DNA from: a virus
Taxonomy: Duplodnaviria > Caudoviricetes
Virus record (IMG/VR): IMGVR_UViG_3300037067_004891
Span: 288,001-352,000 of that record
Reading direction: 5' to 3' (one strand)
DNA length: 64,000 nt
Made by a program: the position numbers and the translations under genes. The stretch's first letter is position 1, and the number at the start of each line of letters is the position of its first letter. The notes beneath the pieces are model-generated. The model ran no database searches, was not told where the DNA came from, and saw nothing but the letters and a program-made list of their open reading frames with translations. Positions 28,482 through 39,347 of this stretch are shown piece by piece.

Positions 28482-31400
28482 ATGAGTAATTTTCAGAAGA
28501 ATTCTTTTGTATCAATAGCTGAACAGGTTGCGCTTTTAAATCGTAACGCTATTGAACTTTTAACTAAGTTACAAGATGTTGTTGCATCAGATGCTTCTGC
28601 TGTGGAAGTAAATTTAACAGATGAAGCTGGTATAGAAACAACATTTAATATGCCTACTGTTGGATTTCTTAAAAAAGAAATTGATATAGCAAATAATAAT
28701 ATTAAACGTCTTTCTCAATTTCAAGATAAGACTACTTATATGATTGATGGAGAATCAACAAAAAAAGTGTATCAAGTGGATTTAAATAGAGAACCAAGTT
28801 CGATATCTAAATTGGATGTGGTTAGTCAATTTGTACCAATCAATAACTGGTTTTTTGAATCGTTGATGAATCCACTTTTAAGTGTTGAAATTAATCTTAC
28901 TGATTTAGTTGAAGATGGTGTTACAAAAGTATTATCAAGAAGATATATTGTTAAATTCACAAAAGATGCTGATGGTAATTTAACTCAAAAAGGTCAGCAA
29001 GCGTTGGACGACTTGCGCTCCATTTTTCTTGGAAGGACGGATGTCGATATTTACGAATTTCTGGATTGGTATAATAATCCAACTAACACAGGTGTTCTTA
29101 ATAATGATTCTAACGACACTAATGATTACGATGAAGAAATTTTTGAATTTGATTATAATCAATTGACAAGTTATGGGTTGTTTACTGTCTTGAAACAAGA
29201 AAAAGATTCATTAAATAATAAACTTTGGTATCATTTAAATACACTAACTTATTATGACACAGATGGAAATCCTAAGACACTTGCTATCGGAGATGAATTG
29301 ATTTTAAATAAAAAGGATTCTACTACTCGATATAAAATACACGAGGTAAATATAGCAGCTTCTAATTATAGGGTTATTTTAGAAAGAATAGAAGGATATG
29401 ATCCTGTTGTTACAGGTGTAAATACACTTAAATATTATAGTGGTATAGAGCTTGACAAAAAAGTAAAAATAACACTGGGTTTCGATGAATTCAATATAAT
29501 ATTCCTTAAACCCATAAACGGTTCTAATAATGTTATTTCATCGTTGTGGTCAAAAGGAACATGTTTTTATTCAAATGATTTGAAATTGAATACAGACTCT
29601 AATATAACATTATCTGAATATTATCTGGATACTGTTTTTGATTATGGAACATTATTAAAAGACCTTGTTAAAAAAAATATTCCAAGTGACGTTGGATTAA
29701 CCCCTAACGTTCCTGAATTAAATATTAATAATTTTAAAGTTGTTCAAATTAATAAACACTTAACAGAAACTGAAGACGTTAAAGAAATAAAAAATTTACA
29801 CTCACAAAAGAATCAATCAAAAGCAAAAATAGAACAAATAGCTGATGCTATAATTTTAAAAACAAGAGAATTAAAAACTAAACAATTTAAATCCATAGCA
29901 GAAAGATCGCAAAGCGAAAATGAGTTAAGCAAATTAAATAATCAATTTCAAACCGAATCTAAGCTTTTGAATTCAATAACAAAACAAATAACAAGTAATA
30001 ATACAACAAATGCAAAAGTAGACCCCAAATATCGTTTACGTGGTTTCTGGGATATACCTGAGGCACGTCAGGTCGAAGGCTTCCGAAATCAAGAGATAGT
30101 CCAATTTAAAATTCAATATAGATATTCATCAAAATCTGGTAAAGAAAATACAACTGAAGGTTATGATTTGGTATCTAATACCACTAAAACAGGTTATTTT
30201 TCAAATTGGAATCCATTAACAACTGATGCGAGAAAACGATATTATGATGAAACAACTCAGGAGTGGAAATGGCAAATAGAAGATGTTTCAGATGCTGACA
30301 CACCAAATATTAACCAGTTAGATATTTCTATGACTGCTGGCGAAAAAGTAGAAATAAGAATTAAATCTATTTCAGAAGTTGGGTGGCCTGATGCACCAAT
30401 TGAAAGTGATTGGTCTGAAATAATAACTATTGATTTTCCAGATGAATTATCAATTGTTTCAAGTGACGATTATATTTTGAAAGAGGCTTCTGATGACGAA
30501 TTAAAAATAGAATTTGAAGGAACACTGGATGCTAAAGGTTATACTAAACACGTTGGTGAATCTTTTTATGTAAATGAAAAATATTTTGCTCATTCTGACG
30601 ATACTATCCAAACATCATTTACGGATAGCACAGGTAATTCATTGTCATTACGAGAATATTTAGTTGTCATTACTAATAAAATAAATTCTCTTGAAGAACT
30701 TGTTAAACGTTCTAAAGGTGAAATTCAAGTTTTATTATTTAGAAATACAGATGAGGTTTCTATTAGTAATGGAGCTTCTATCACTCAAGTTGTAGAATGT
30801 GAAGATTATGGAAAACGAAGTGGTTCAACTGGAAGAATTTATTACAATGATGTATATCTTATTAGCTCGTATTATATCCGAATTGATAATATCGCCTCAG
30901 AGAATTCTTTGGGTTTGTTATCTGATAGAACATTTTCTTTATTAAGTTCAACAAATGGTAATTCTTTTTATCAAACAGACCACACTGCTGGATTAGTAAA
31001 TAAAGATAATATTTTTTATAAACAACAAGATAATCAATTCATATGGATTTCAGATTTTGATGGGACAAGAATTTATGATAATACTGGTTCAAGAGTTGGT
31101 GCATATTCATCAACACCTGTATCACCCGCAGCTTTATTTTCCCAATTTATTAATATTGGTCTAAACCCTGCTCTTACTGGGTATACTAATGGTGATGGGG
31201 TATCAACAGGGACAAGATGGGATATTATAGATGGTATAAATTGGTCAGACGTATCTTATGCTGGTGGTTTTTTAACAACCATTCATCCATTAATATCTGA
31301 TATTTCAGACCTAAAAGAAACTGGTCAAGAAAAGACTAAATTTTTAGCACCGAGTGAATCATTTGTATTGCCTATTAATATTTATTTTAAATTTCAAGGA

Positions 31401-31577
31401 AATACAAATGCATCAACAGGTGATTTTTCAGATGCATCAGTTACTGGTAATTTTACCGATCATACTAAAAAATTAAAAATATTTATTGAACCTACTAATT
31501 CAAATAGACCATTTGAGTTTACAATACAATTTAAATTACGACCATATAAAAAAGTTAATGTAACTTCTGGTATATAA
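28482..31577 (+). CDS. Large hypothetical protein, probably virion structural
   Basis: 1031 aa with a coiled coil and an FN3-like EIRIKSISE.G.P...ESDWS segment. Confidence 0.6.
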   Translation: MSNFQKNSFVSIAEQVALLNRNAIELLTKLQDVVASDASAVEVNLTDEAGIETTFNMPTVGFLKKEIDIANNNIKRLSQFQDKTTYMIDGESTKKVYQVDLNREPSSISKLDVVSQFVPINNWFFESLMNPLLSVEINLTDLVEDGVTKVLSRRYIVKFTKDADGNLTQKGQQALDDLRSIFLGRTDVDIYEFLDWYNNPTNTGVLNNDSNDTNDYDEEIFEFDYNQLTSYGLFTVLKQEKDSLNNKLWYHLNTLTYYDTDGNPKTLAIGDELILNKKDSTTRYKIHEVNIAASNYRVILERIEGYDPVVTGVNTLKYYSGIELDKKVKITLGFDEFNIIFLKPINGSNNVISSLWSKGTCFYSNDLKLNTDSNITLSEYYLDTVFDYGTLLKDLVKKNIPSDVGLTPNVPELNINNFKVVQINKHLTETEDVKEIKNLHSQKNQSKAKIEQIADAIILKTRELKTKQFKSIAERSQSENELSKLNNQFQTESKLLNSITKQITSNNTTNAKVDPKYRLRGFWDIPEARQVEGFRNQEIVQFKIQYRYSSKSGKENTTEGYDLVSNTTKTGYFSNWNPLTTDARKRYYDETTQEWKWQIEDVSDADTPNINQLDISMTAGEKVEIRIKSISEVGWPDAPIESDWSEIITIDFPDELSIVSSDDYILKEASDDELKIEFEGTLDAKGYTKHVGESFYVNEKYFAHSDDTIQTSFTDSTGNSLSLREYLVVITNKINSLEELVKRSKGEIQVLLFRNTDEVSISNGASITQVVECEDYGKRSGSTGRIYYNDVYLISSYYIRIDNIASENSLGLLSDRTFSLLSSTNGNSFYQTDHTAGLVNKDNIFYKQQDNQFIWISDFDGTRIYDNTGSRVGAYSSTPVSPAALFSQFINIGLNPALTGYTNGDGVSTGTRWDIIDGINWSDVSYAGGFLTTIHPLISDISDLKETGQEKTKFLAPSESFVLPINIYFKFQGNTNASTGDFSDASVTGNFTDHTKKLKIFIEPTNSNRPFEFTIQFKLRPYKKVNVTSGI

Positions 31578-31611
31578 CGAAATAAATAGTATATTTGTAT
31601 TATTTTATTAT

Positions 31612-32643
31612 ATGAGTAAACAAAAATATTGGATTAAAGAAAAATGTCAGGAAGAAGTATTAAAATATAATAGTTTCGCCGAATTAAAAGAAAAAAATTC
31701 AAAGGTTTATTATATTATATATGAAAATAAGTGGTGTTCAGAAGTATGTGCGCATTATTATTTAAATAGAAAACCTTCTAATTATTGGACAAAAGAAAGA
31801 TGTCAAGAAGAAGCATTAAAATATAAAACATGTAAAGAATTTAGAAAATTTTCTGGTAGTGCATATACACAATCTATTAAAAACAAATGGATATGTGATA
31901 TTAATAAGCATTTTTTAAAAACAAAACACCATAATAATTATTGGACAAAAGAAAACTGTCATATAGAGTCTTTAAAATATAATATAAAAACTGAATTTCA
32001 AAAGAAAAATTTAGCAGCATATTCAGCAGCCAGTAAAAAAGGGTGGATAGACGAAATATGTAAGCATATGTTTTTAATAAAAACCCCACATAAATTTTGG
32101 AATTATGAAAGGTGTCAAGAAGCAGCATTAAAATGTAAATCAAGAAAAGAATTAGCTAAAAAATATAATGGTGCATATAGTTCGGCTTTAAAACATGGTT
32201 GGTTAAATGAAATGTGCGTACATATGGAAACCACTGGTAATCGTTTTAATAGGTGTATTTATGTGTGGGAATTCGAAGATAAAACAACATATATTGGATT
32301 AACGTTTAATCTAAAAGAACGGAGCTATAACCATACACAAGATATTAATAGTCCAGTGTTAAAATATAACCAAAAAACAAAATTAATACCTATTTGTAAA
32401 CAATTAACTGAGTATATAAGTGTAGAAGAATCTCAAATTAAAGAAGATTTTTTCATTCAACAATATAAAAAATTAGGTTGGAATGTATTAAATAAAGTAA
32501 AAGGTGGTTCAACTGGGCGTAAAGAAAAATATTGGACAAAAGATAGATGTAAGGGAGAATCATTAAAATTTAAATCTAAAAAAGAATTTCGAGAAAAAAG
32601 TTGGGTAGCATATCAGAATATTTATAAAAACAAATGGGGTTAA
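31612..32643 (+). CDS. GIY-YIG-like endonuclease with YWTKE.C repeats, C-terminus cut by an IS607-like insertion
   Basis: CIYVWEF...YIGLT core; paralog of 27150-28390; ends mid-repeat at KNKWG*. Confidence 0.7.
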   Translation: MSKQKYWIKEKCQEEVLKYNSFAELKEKNSKVYYIIYENKWCSEVCAHYYLNRKPSNYWTKERCQEEALKYKTCKEFRKFSGSAYTQSIKNKWICDINKHFLKTKHHNNYWTKENCHIESLKYNIKTEFQKKNLAAYSAASKKGWIDEICKHMFLIKTPHKFWNYERCQEAALKCKSRKELAKKYNGAYSSALKHGWLNEMCVHMETTGNRFNRCIYVWEFEDKTTYIGLTFNLKERSYNHTQDINSPVLKYNQKTKLIPICKQLTEYISVEESQIKEDFFIQQYKKLGWNVLNKVKGGSTGRKEKYWTKDRCKGESLKFKSKKEFREKSWVAYQNIYKNKWG

Positions 32644-32725
32644 CCAACTGCTAACAAAAATATAATAAAATCTACAAATATTTAATAAAATTAAAACAAA
32701 ACGTTTTAATTTTAATATAAATTTA

Positions 32726-32875
32726 ATGTTAAAAGCGATAAAAATAAGGTTGTACCCTAATAAAAATCAAGAAGTTTATATTAATAAACTTCTTGGTTGT
32801 TACCGAATCAGAAATGGTTTGCTAAAAAGTAGTGAGAGTGTGAAACAAGAAGAAATATTTTTAACAAATTTGTAA
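32726..32875 (+). pseudogene. tnpB: Internally deleted tnpB (HTH start fused to the 3' end)
   Basis: MLKAIKIRLYPNKNQEVYINKLLGCYR then ...ESVKQE..., immediately before a right end. Confidence 0.75.
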
Positions 32876-33075
32876 TTTTTGTTAGATTTTTTTGAACGGT
32901 AATAAAAACGTTAAAAAGAATTTTAGTAAAAGAATTGACTCATTTACTGAAGATATTAAAAAATATGAAAATTTGTTCGAAAAAACAAATAATCAAAGAT
33001 ATTTAAATATAGCTAATAATCTTAGAGCAAGAAGTGGAGAATTACAATTTATATCAAAAAATTATTTTTAATTAA

Positions 33076-34209
33076 ATGCAAATAATTAGGTCAACCAAAT
33101 GTAGTTTAAAATTTTCTACTAAAAAGAAAATGAATGATTTGTTAATAATTTTAGATGAATACTCTAAAGTTGTTAATATTTTCATAAACTATTTTTGGTT
33201 AAATCCTGATGTTGCGAACAAAACTAATTTATTAAAACCAATTGTAGATATACCAGAAACTTGGTTAAGTGCGAGATTAAGAAAAGTTGCAGCAAGAGAA
33301 GCAATTGATATGATTAATGCTGCTAAATTAAGATGGAAAGATAAAGCAGTAATTCCTGTTCATAAAGGAAATAGAATGTATGTTAGTTGTACTATTGCTG
33401 ATTTAGTACCTACTAAAAACACTAATTATAAAACTGAAGAAAGTAGATTATTCGATGCTTGGTTACATCTTGCTTCTATAGGAAATAAAATGATAATGGA
33501 TTTACCAATTAAATATCATAAACATTTTAATAAGTACAATAACATTGGTAAAAGATTAAACTCATACATAATAACTAAAAATTACGTTCAATTCACTTTT
33601 GAAATTAATACTCAACCTAAAAAAGAAGGTAAACATTGTATTGGAATAGATACTGGAATTAACGCACTTGCAAGTTTGAATAATGGTAATCAATATGGAT
33701 TAGATATTAAGGAATGTATTGAGAGAATAAAACGTTGTGTGCAAGGAAGTAAAGGACAACAAGTAGCGAGACATGCTCTAAAACAACGTATTGATGAAGT
33801 AGTAAAAGAATTAATGATAAAAGAGAATCCAGATTTAATAGTTGTGGAAAGACTAAAGAATATGGGAAAGAAAAGTAAAGCCAAACGTTTATTGGCTAAA
33901 AATATTAGACGTTCTATCGGAACATGGAACTGGAAGTATTGGTTAAAAAGGTTAGAAGAATACTGTGAATTAAATCGTATTTCATTCAGAAGTGTTTTAT
34001 CTTTCTATACCAGTACAACTTGTCCTGTATGTGGTCATTCTGATAAGGGAAATCGAAATGGAGAAATATTCTTATGTCTTAAATGTGAACACAAAGATAA
34101 TGCTGATGTAAATGCAGGAAAGAATATTTTAAATCGGTTTCTCACAGGACAATACGGTGTCTGTTACAAAGAGGAGAGTTTAAGAGAGGCTATTAGTAGT
34201 TTTTGTTAG
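33076..34209 (+). CDS. tnpB: TnpB/Cas12f-like RNA-guided endonuclease
   Basis: GIDTG, VERL, CPVCG..CLKC and NADVNAGKNI motifs. Confidence 0.9.
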   Translation: MQIIRSTKCSLKFSTKKKMNDLLIILDEYSKVVNIFINYFWLNPDVANKTNLLKPIVDIPETWLSARLRKVAAREAIDMINAAKLRWKDKAVIPVHKGNRMYVSCTIADLVPTKNTNYKTEESRLFDAWLHLASIGNKMIMDLPIKYHKHFNKYNNIGKRLNSYIITKNYVQFTFEINTQPKKEGKHCIGIDTGINALASLNNGNQYGLDIKECIERIKRCVQGSKGQQVARHALKQRIDEVVKELMIKENPDLIVVERLKNMGKKSKAKRLLAKNIRRSIGTWNWKYWLKRLEEYCELNRISFRSVLSFYTSTTCPVCGHSDKGNRNGEIFLCLKCEHKDNADVNAGKNILNRFLTGQYGVCYKEESLREAISSFC

Positions 34210-34254
34210 ATTTAAATTAACGGTGAGTATTTAAATAATGTAAAAAATTGCAGT

Positions 34255-34656
34255 GTGGTAGAATTTATATTTGAATCTAAATTTGATGATGTGTTAAAAC
34301 ACAAGCCACAGATAGTATATCATGTAACAGAAAGAAGAAATATAGAAAAAATAATGAAAGTTGGGATAGTGCCTAAATATAAATATAAAAAAACATTTCA
34401 TTTAGAACGTATTTATATCACTTTACATTTGGATTCGGCTATAAAAATAAAAAATATGTTTATATATGATAAAGTAAGAAATAATAAATCATCAATTGGG
34501 TATGATGATATAAAAGATGATTATGTTATTTTAGAAATAGATATTACAGATAAATTTTATAAAGACATGAAAATCTATAAAGACCCAAATATGAAAGGTG
34601 GTTATTATGTTTATAATAATATACGACCACAAGATATCAAAATAATAGATGGTTAA
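34255..34656 (+). CDS. Tpt1/KptA- or ADP-ribosyltransferase-like protein
   Basis: YHVT...NIEKI...GI.P...RIY...DP..GG.Y...I.P motifs. Confidence 0.6.
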   Translation: MVEFIFESKFDDVLKHKPQIVYHVTERRNIEKIMKVGIVPKYKYKKTFHLERIYITLHLDSAIKIKNMFIYDKVRNNKSSIGYDDIKDDYVILEIDITDKFYKDMKIYKDPNMKGGYYVYNNIRPQDIKIIDG

Positions 34657-34706
34657 AAATTTTAATATATAACAAAAGATATTCTCTAAAAATAAAATAT
34701 TTTAAA

Positions 34707-37700
34707 TTGATAAACAAAAGTTTCCAGTTATTAAAAACCAACCCATTATTAACATCTAATTTCAGAGTGGTTGTTTCATCGGATTATAAAATTTATCTCG
34801 AATCGATAAATTCGAACAGGGAATTAAATTCGACAAAGTATAAACATTTTGGTTTATCTAAAAATTCATTAATTGAAGATAAAATAAACGAATTTTACGA
34901 TGGATTATCTCCTAATTTAGCATTTGAAGTAAAATTTGATAATGATGAAGATATCATGTATAATGATTTTGGTAATCAATATGATGATATTTATTCTGCT
35001 GGTGCAAAAAATGTAGAGGATCAGTGGTACAAAGAAGAATTTGAATATTTTGCTCCGTTGTTTATAAGAAAGGAAGATTTACCAAACAATTTTATCATAT
35101 TAAGAGTAGACGATCCTGCTGTATATAAAATAGAAGTTGATAAATATAGAATTCAGGGGTTAACACAAGATAATTTCAGAAGTGAAATAATAGATAAATG
35201 GAAATGTGTATCTGTTTTTGATTTACAAAGAACATCTGATCTGGGTGTGTTTTTAGCAAACAATATAACTGAAAATTCGAGATTTCCAATAAAATCATTT
35301 GAATTGGATATAAAAAAATATAATTTTTCAAGATGGTTTGGATATGATTATGATACTGGTATTTTTACCGAAAAATCATTAATACTTGATGATAAATTAT
35401 ATTATGAAACACCTGATTTCAAACTGGAAAAATTTATTACTGAGGGGTTTAAAAATAATAAATTAATTTATCCACATATTTTAAATCTAAAATTTTTATT
35501 TGATGACACACCAGCCACACCAGATGTTATAAGGAAATGGTCTATGAATAGATATTATGGTTTTTATATTGAGGATATGGAAAGAGTGAATAAATTGACA
35601 TCTTATATAACACCTGATGTCAGAGTTGATGTTAAATTAATAAACAATATTTTTGTTAAAATCAATACAATTGAAAGTGTAAATCCATTTATTATTAATT
35701 GGGATGACAATGTTGCATATTTTCTGTATGTAGAAAACGATTTGCATCGATTAAAAAGAATAATAGAAAACAACAAGTACATTTACAAAGTTATAAGTGA
35801 AAAAAAGTTAGATGATATTTTTGATTCATCTCAAATTAATGTAAATACAATAACAATAACATATAATAATGTTGATAGTAGAAGTTATATTCAAAATTTA
35901 TCAGGTGATTTATTGTTAAATTCTTATACGGATGGAGATGGTCGAGTTAATAGTATGGATGGAGATTTATTTTTGATTGATATTAATGGTAAATACCATG
36001 TGTTAAAAAACAATCAAGTATTAGTAGGAAATGTATATAATAATAATTATTATATACAGACCGATTATGCTATAAATTCGACTGACACTTATTTAGAATA
36101 TTGGATAGGTGAGAAAAATAGCGAGTATTACACAAAAATGAACATATTAAATTCTAACGTAGATATTCTTCCTTTGATGTATCAAGTTTATAGAATTCGG
36201 TTTTCTGATGTGAAAGATTTTGATTTTGATAGGGTTCACACTAATTTTTCAGATTTTGATTATGAAAAATCATATTATTATAAAACAAATGAAGTTAAGT
36301 TAAATGCTACTGAGTATAGAGATATAGATGATCCTAAAAATTACAAATTACATGAAAGTGGAGAAGATGGACAATTTGAAATAAAAAATATATCTTCTGA
36401 ATATATCGCAAATGATGAGTTATTTGAAATTTCATCAAATCACAAAAACATTAGTGATATATGGAGAAAAAATCAATCTGTATGTAAATGGGGATATGAG
36501 GGTTCAAACAGTCATTGTGATTATCCATATAAATTAAATAATTCTCTTAGAACTGGTTCTATATTTAACAAAGTTGTTAATCCGTTTAAATATGAAAGTG
36601 ATGATATACAGAAAACGCATGATTATTTTTATCGTATTGGTCATTTTCATAATACAAATGATGCATATCCCAGTGCAACAATACCTGTTTATTATTATAA
36701 ACAAACGACTAATATCACGACTGATTTATTAGATCAAACATTGAGTAACAAATTTAATCTTAATTTGTATATAAAATCCGATATGGATTATTTCACTTAT
36801 TTTTTTAAAAACAGTGAAATTTATTATGATTTTGGTTTACCAAAAGAAAGAAAATATGAAAAATATTCTATTTTTAATAGTGGTGATGATTATCAGAATT
36901 CAAGCACATTATTTAAAGGTTTAAAGGTTAATATTTATGGTGTAAATAATTTCATACTTGGGAGTGATAATAAAATAGAGCAAATTTTAGTTGATGAAAC
37001 TAAAAAATTTAATGGATACAAATTTTCTATTTTATTATCAGAATATTATATGCGATATATGTCAGACGGTACTCTTGTTGATGTCGAATCCGCTGGATTA
37101 CAAAATAACACATTAATAGATACAACAAAAAATGGTATTCATGTAATTTTAAATGAAAAATACAAAAATATATTAATTATAATAAATTTGGTTGTTCCAA
37201 TACTTGATACTGTTCGAGATTTCAACAATTTGGCTTATTTATTAAACGAAAAATATGGTTTATATTATGCTAAAACAAGTGGTGGAACAACAATTGATAA
37301 TTTTTTGGGTGTTAGTTCTTTGAATCGATATAAACCGACACTTATAACAGCCAATAATTTTAGTTCTTCATTAAATAATATGAATGATAAATATAGTTTT
37401 GATAATTATATTAATTTTTATTATGTAAACAGTGATGGTATATCGGGTAGAACTATGATTACTGAATATAATACATCAACATTGAGTGGTGTTACGGGTT
37501 GGAGCAAAAAAGTACCACCGTTTACTTTAAAAATTGAATTTCCAACTGAATTAGTATTAAAGAAAGATTCATATAAATATATTGGAATTATCGGCCCTGA
37601 TCACAATATTTATAATAGTTATTCAAGTGACCCAGCAAAATCTGTTAAAAGAAGCAATGAAATTGATGATTATTTAGCAAGAAATATACTAATAAACGAA

Positions 37701-38081
37701 AAAGAAGTAAAACTAAGATCGCAAGTTCATCAGGAAGAATTAATTTACAATTATTCTATTTATAGATATAGTGGTTCATATGAACCGATATTTAAAACTG
37801 TTGAATTATTTAATAATTATGCGATAGTATCTGGTGAAACATATTACAGACCATGTGGTTATCGTTTTGATGATACACATACTCGTTTTGGTATGATAGA
37901 CGAAATTATATATTCTAAGGTAAATCGAAAAGGAAATATTCTCATGTTGAGAAATGCAGAAAATGATAAATCGATTTATCCTATGGTTGATGAATTTGGT
38001 TATCAATATCGTGATTTTTTTATTTTTAAATCTGGTTGGGATGATAATTTATTCATAGAGACCGATTATCCAATAATATAA
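34707..38081 (+). CDS. Large hypothetical protein, probably virion structural
   Basis: 1124 aa with TAATATATA upstream; in an operon leading to uvsY/uvsW, as in T4-like baseplate regions. Confidence 0.6.
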   Translation: MINKSFQLLKTNPLLTSNFRVVVSSDYKIYLESINSNRELNSTKYKHFGLSKNSLIEDKINEFYDGLSPNLAFEVKFDNDEDIMYNDFGNQYDDIYSAGAKNVEDQWYKEEFEYFAPLFIRKEDLPNNFIILRVDDPAVYKIEVDKYRIQGLTQDNFRSEIIDKWKCVSVFDLQRTSDLGVFLANNITENSRFPIKSFELDIKKYNFSRWFGYDYDTGIFTEKSLILDDKLYYETPDFKLEKFITEGFKNNKLIYPHILNLKFLFDDTPATPDVIRKWSMNRYYGFYIEDMERVNKLTSYITPDVRVDVKLINNIFVKINTIESVNPFIINWDDNVAYFLYVENDLHRLKRIIENNKYIYKVISEKKLDDIFDSSQINVNTITITYNNVDSRSYIQNLSGDLLLNSYTDGDGRVNSMDGDLFLIDINGKYHVLKNNQVLVGNVYNNNYYIQTDYAINSTDTYLEYWIGEKNSEYYTKMNILNSNVDILPLMYQVYRIRFSDVKDFDFDRVHTNFSDFDYEKSYYYKTNEVKLNATEYRDIDDPKNYKLHESGEDGQFEIKNISSEYIANDELFEISSNHKNISDIWRKNQSVCKWGYEGSNSHCDYPYKLNNSLRTGSIFNKVVNPFKYESDDIQKTHDYFYRIGHFHNTNDAYPSATIPVYYYKQTTNITTDLLDQTLSNKFNLNLYIKSDMDYFTYFFKNSEIYYDFGLPKERKYEKYSIFNSGDDYQNSSTLFKGLKVNIYGVNNFILGSDNKIEQILVDETKKFNGYKFSILLSEYYMRYMSDGTLVDVESAGLQNNTLIDTTKNGIHVILNEKYKNILIIINLVVPILDTVRDFNNLAYLLNEKYGLYYAKTSGGTTIDNFLGVSSLNRYKPTLITANNFSSSLNNMNDKYSFDNYINFYYVNSDGISGRTMITEYNTSTLSGVTGWSKKVPPFTLKIEFPTELVLKKDSYKYIGIIGPDHNIYNSYSSDPAKSVKRSNEIDDYLARNILINEKEVKLRSQVHQEELIYNYSIYRYSGSYEPIFKTVELFNNYAIVSGETYYRPCGYRFDDTHTRFGMIDEIIYSKVNRKGNILMLRNAENDKSIYPMVDEFGYQYRDFFIFKSGWDDNLFIETDYPII

Positions 38082-38090
38082 TGATTAATT

Positions 38091-38816
38091 ATGAAAAGTG
38101 ATTTGATGTTAAAAAAATATAGTACTACTTATGTATCTGGCACAGTCAGTGAAAAAGAGTTCAGACGTATATTTGGTAGTAAAATGTTAGAAATAGAAGA
38201 TATTATTACGATAGACGACAAATCTATTCAGTTTTCTGATGTTATATCAGATGATAATAATAATGGTTTTCAAGATTTTGTATATAATTCAATGGAAGAA
38301 ATACGAAATATTAATTTATACAATTTAAAATATGATAATTCTTCCATAGAACAACAATCACAAACTGAATTAGATAAAGTAAATAATACAAAGTGGTTAT
38401 TAAACATAAATGCAAAGAAAATATTACAAGATTATTTGTTTTATAAAATAAAAGAAAATCGCACATTCAAATGTATTTATTATGAAGATTTGTATGGATA
38501 TGATGTGAACACTTTTATCAGAAAATATATTGATGAAAATGTTTTGAACCGATATCAATTTGATAGTATAAAATTATATGTAAAATATATAAATTTATTA
38601 ATAGAAAGTGATATTTATTCTTCTATAAAATTGAAATATGATCCAACATTTAATAGAACAATTAATATAAATGATTTTGTTATAAAAAATGTTAATATTG
38701 GGGAGATAAACAATATATTATATTTGGATAACTTAGAAGTATATTACAATCAAACTAAAAAATCTACTGAGTATAAATTTGATTATTATTTTGATTTAAT
38801 ATTCACAAAAATATAA
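38091..38816 (+). CDS. Hypothetical protein
   Basis: 241-aa ORF. Confidence 0.65.
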   Translation: MKSDLMLKKYSTTYVSGTVSEKEFRRIFGSKMLEIEDIITIDDKSIQFSDVISDDNNNGFQDFVYNSMEEIRNINLYNLKYDNSSIEQQSQTELDKVNNTKWLLNINAKKILQDYLFYKIKENRTFKCIYYEDLYGYDVNTFIRKYIDENVLNRYQFDSIKLYVKYINLLIESDIYSSIKLKYDPTFNRTININDFVIKNVNIGEINNILYLDNLEVYYNQTKKSTEYKFDYYFDLIFTKI

Positions 38817-38831
38817 ACAATAATTGTTTAT

Positions 38832-39341
38832 ATGAATATAATTAAAAAACATTTTATTATGACAGATAAAAGTGGCGTATTTAAGGAACAAGACATAAAA
38901 GTTTTTGAAGATAATTTAATAAAACTTAGTGATAAGTGTGAAAAAGAAGATAAACTTTGGAATTTGAAAATATCTAATTTATCACATCGATTTAAGACAA
39001 AAGATGGTGTAGAAATGGTTGATTTTATGGGTGATGTTTTAAATGAAAAACAAATGGTTTTAGAAGATATTAGGCAAACTGCTGATAATTTGAGTAAATG
39101 TTTGAAGAAAAAAAGAGAATTGGGTGAACAAATATCACAAATTTATTCTAATAACAATCAATTAAAAATGACTGATACGAGATTAAATAAAAAGGTAGAA
39201 GCGGAACTCAGTGTACATATTCGTCAAATAAACATTTATGAAATTCATATTGAACATTTAAAAGAAACAGCAAAAAACATTGAACAAATAAATTATCACA
39301 TAAAGAACCGTATTGATTTAATGGGTATTTTAAAAATATAA
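38832..39341 (+). CDS. uvsY: UvsY-like recombination mediator
   Basis: All-helical, C-terminal IEQINYHIKNRID pattern, adjacent to uvsW. Confidence 0.55.
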   Translation: MNIIKKHFIMTDKSGVFKEQDIKVFEDNLIKLSDKCEKEDKLWNLKISNLSHRFKTKDGVEMVDFMGDVLNEKQMVLEDIRQTADNLSKCLKKKRELGEQISQIYSNNNQLKMTDTRLNKKVEAELSVHIRQINIYEIHIEHLKETAKNIEQINYHIKNRIDLMGILKI

Positions 39342-39347
39342 AATTAT

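Larger units (their letters stand above)
32641..34224 (+). mobile_element. Composite IS607-like element with one left end and two right ends (32900, 34224)
   Basis: GGT at each junction; CTAACAAAAA-type ~10-nt repeats at the left end; inverted TTTTGTTAGATTT....AACGGT at 32877-32900 and 34201-34224. Confidence 0.7.

Noticed and set aside
33076-34209. CRISPR-Cas12f system
   Set aside because: No adjacent repeat-spacer array; the gene is bounded by IS607-like ends, so it is called TnpB.
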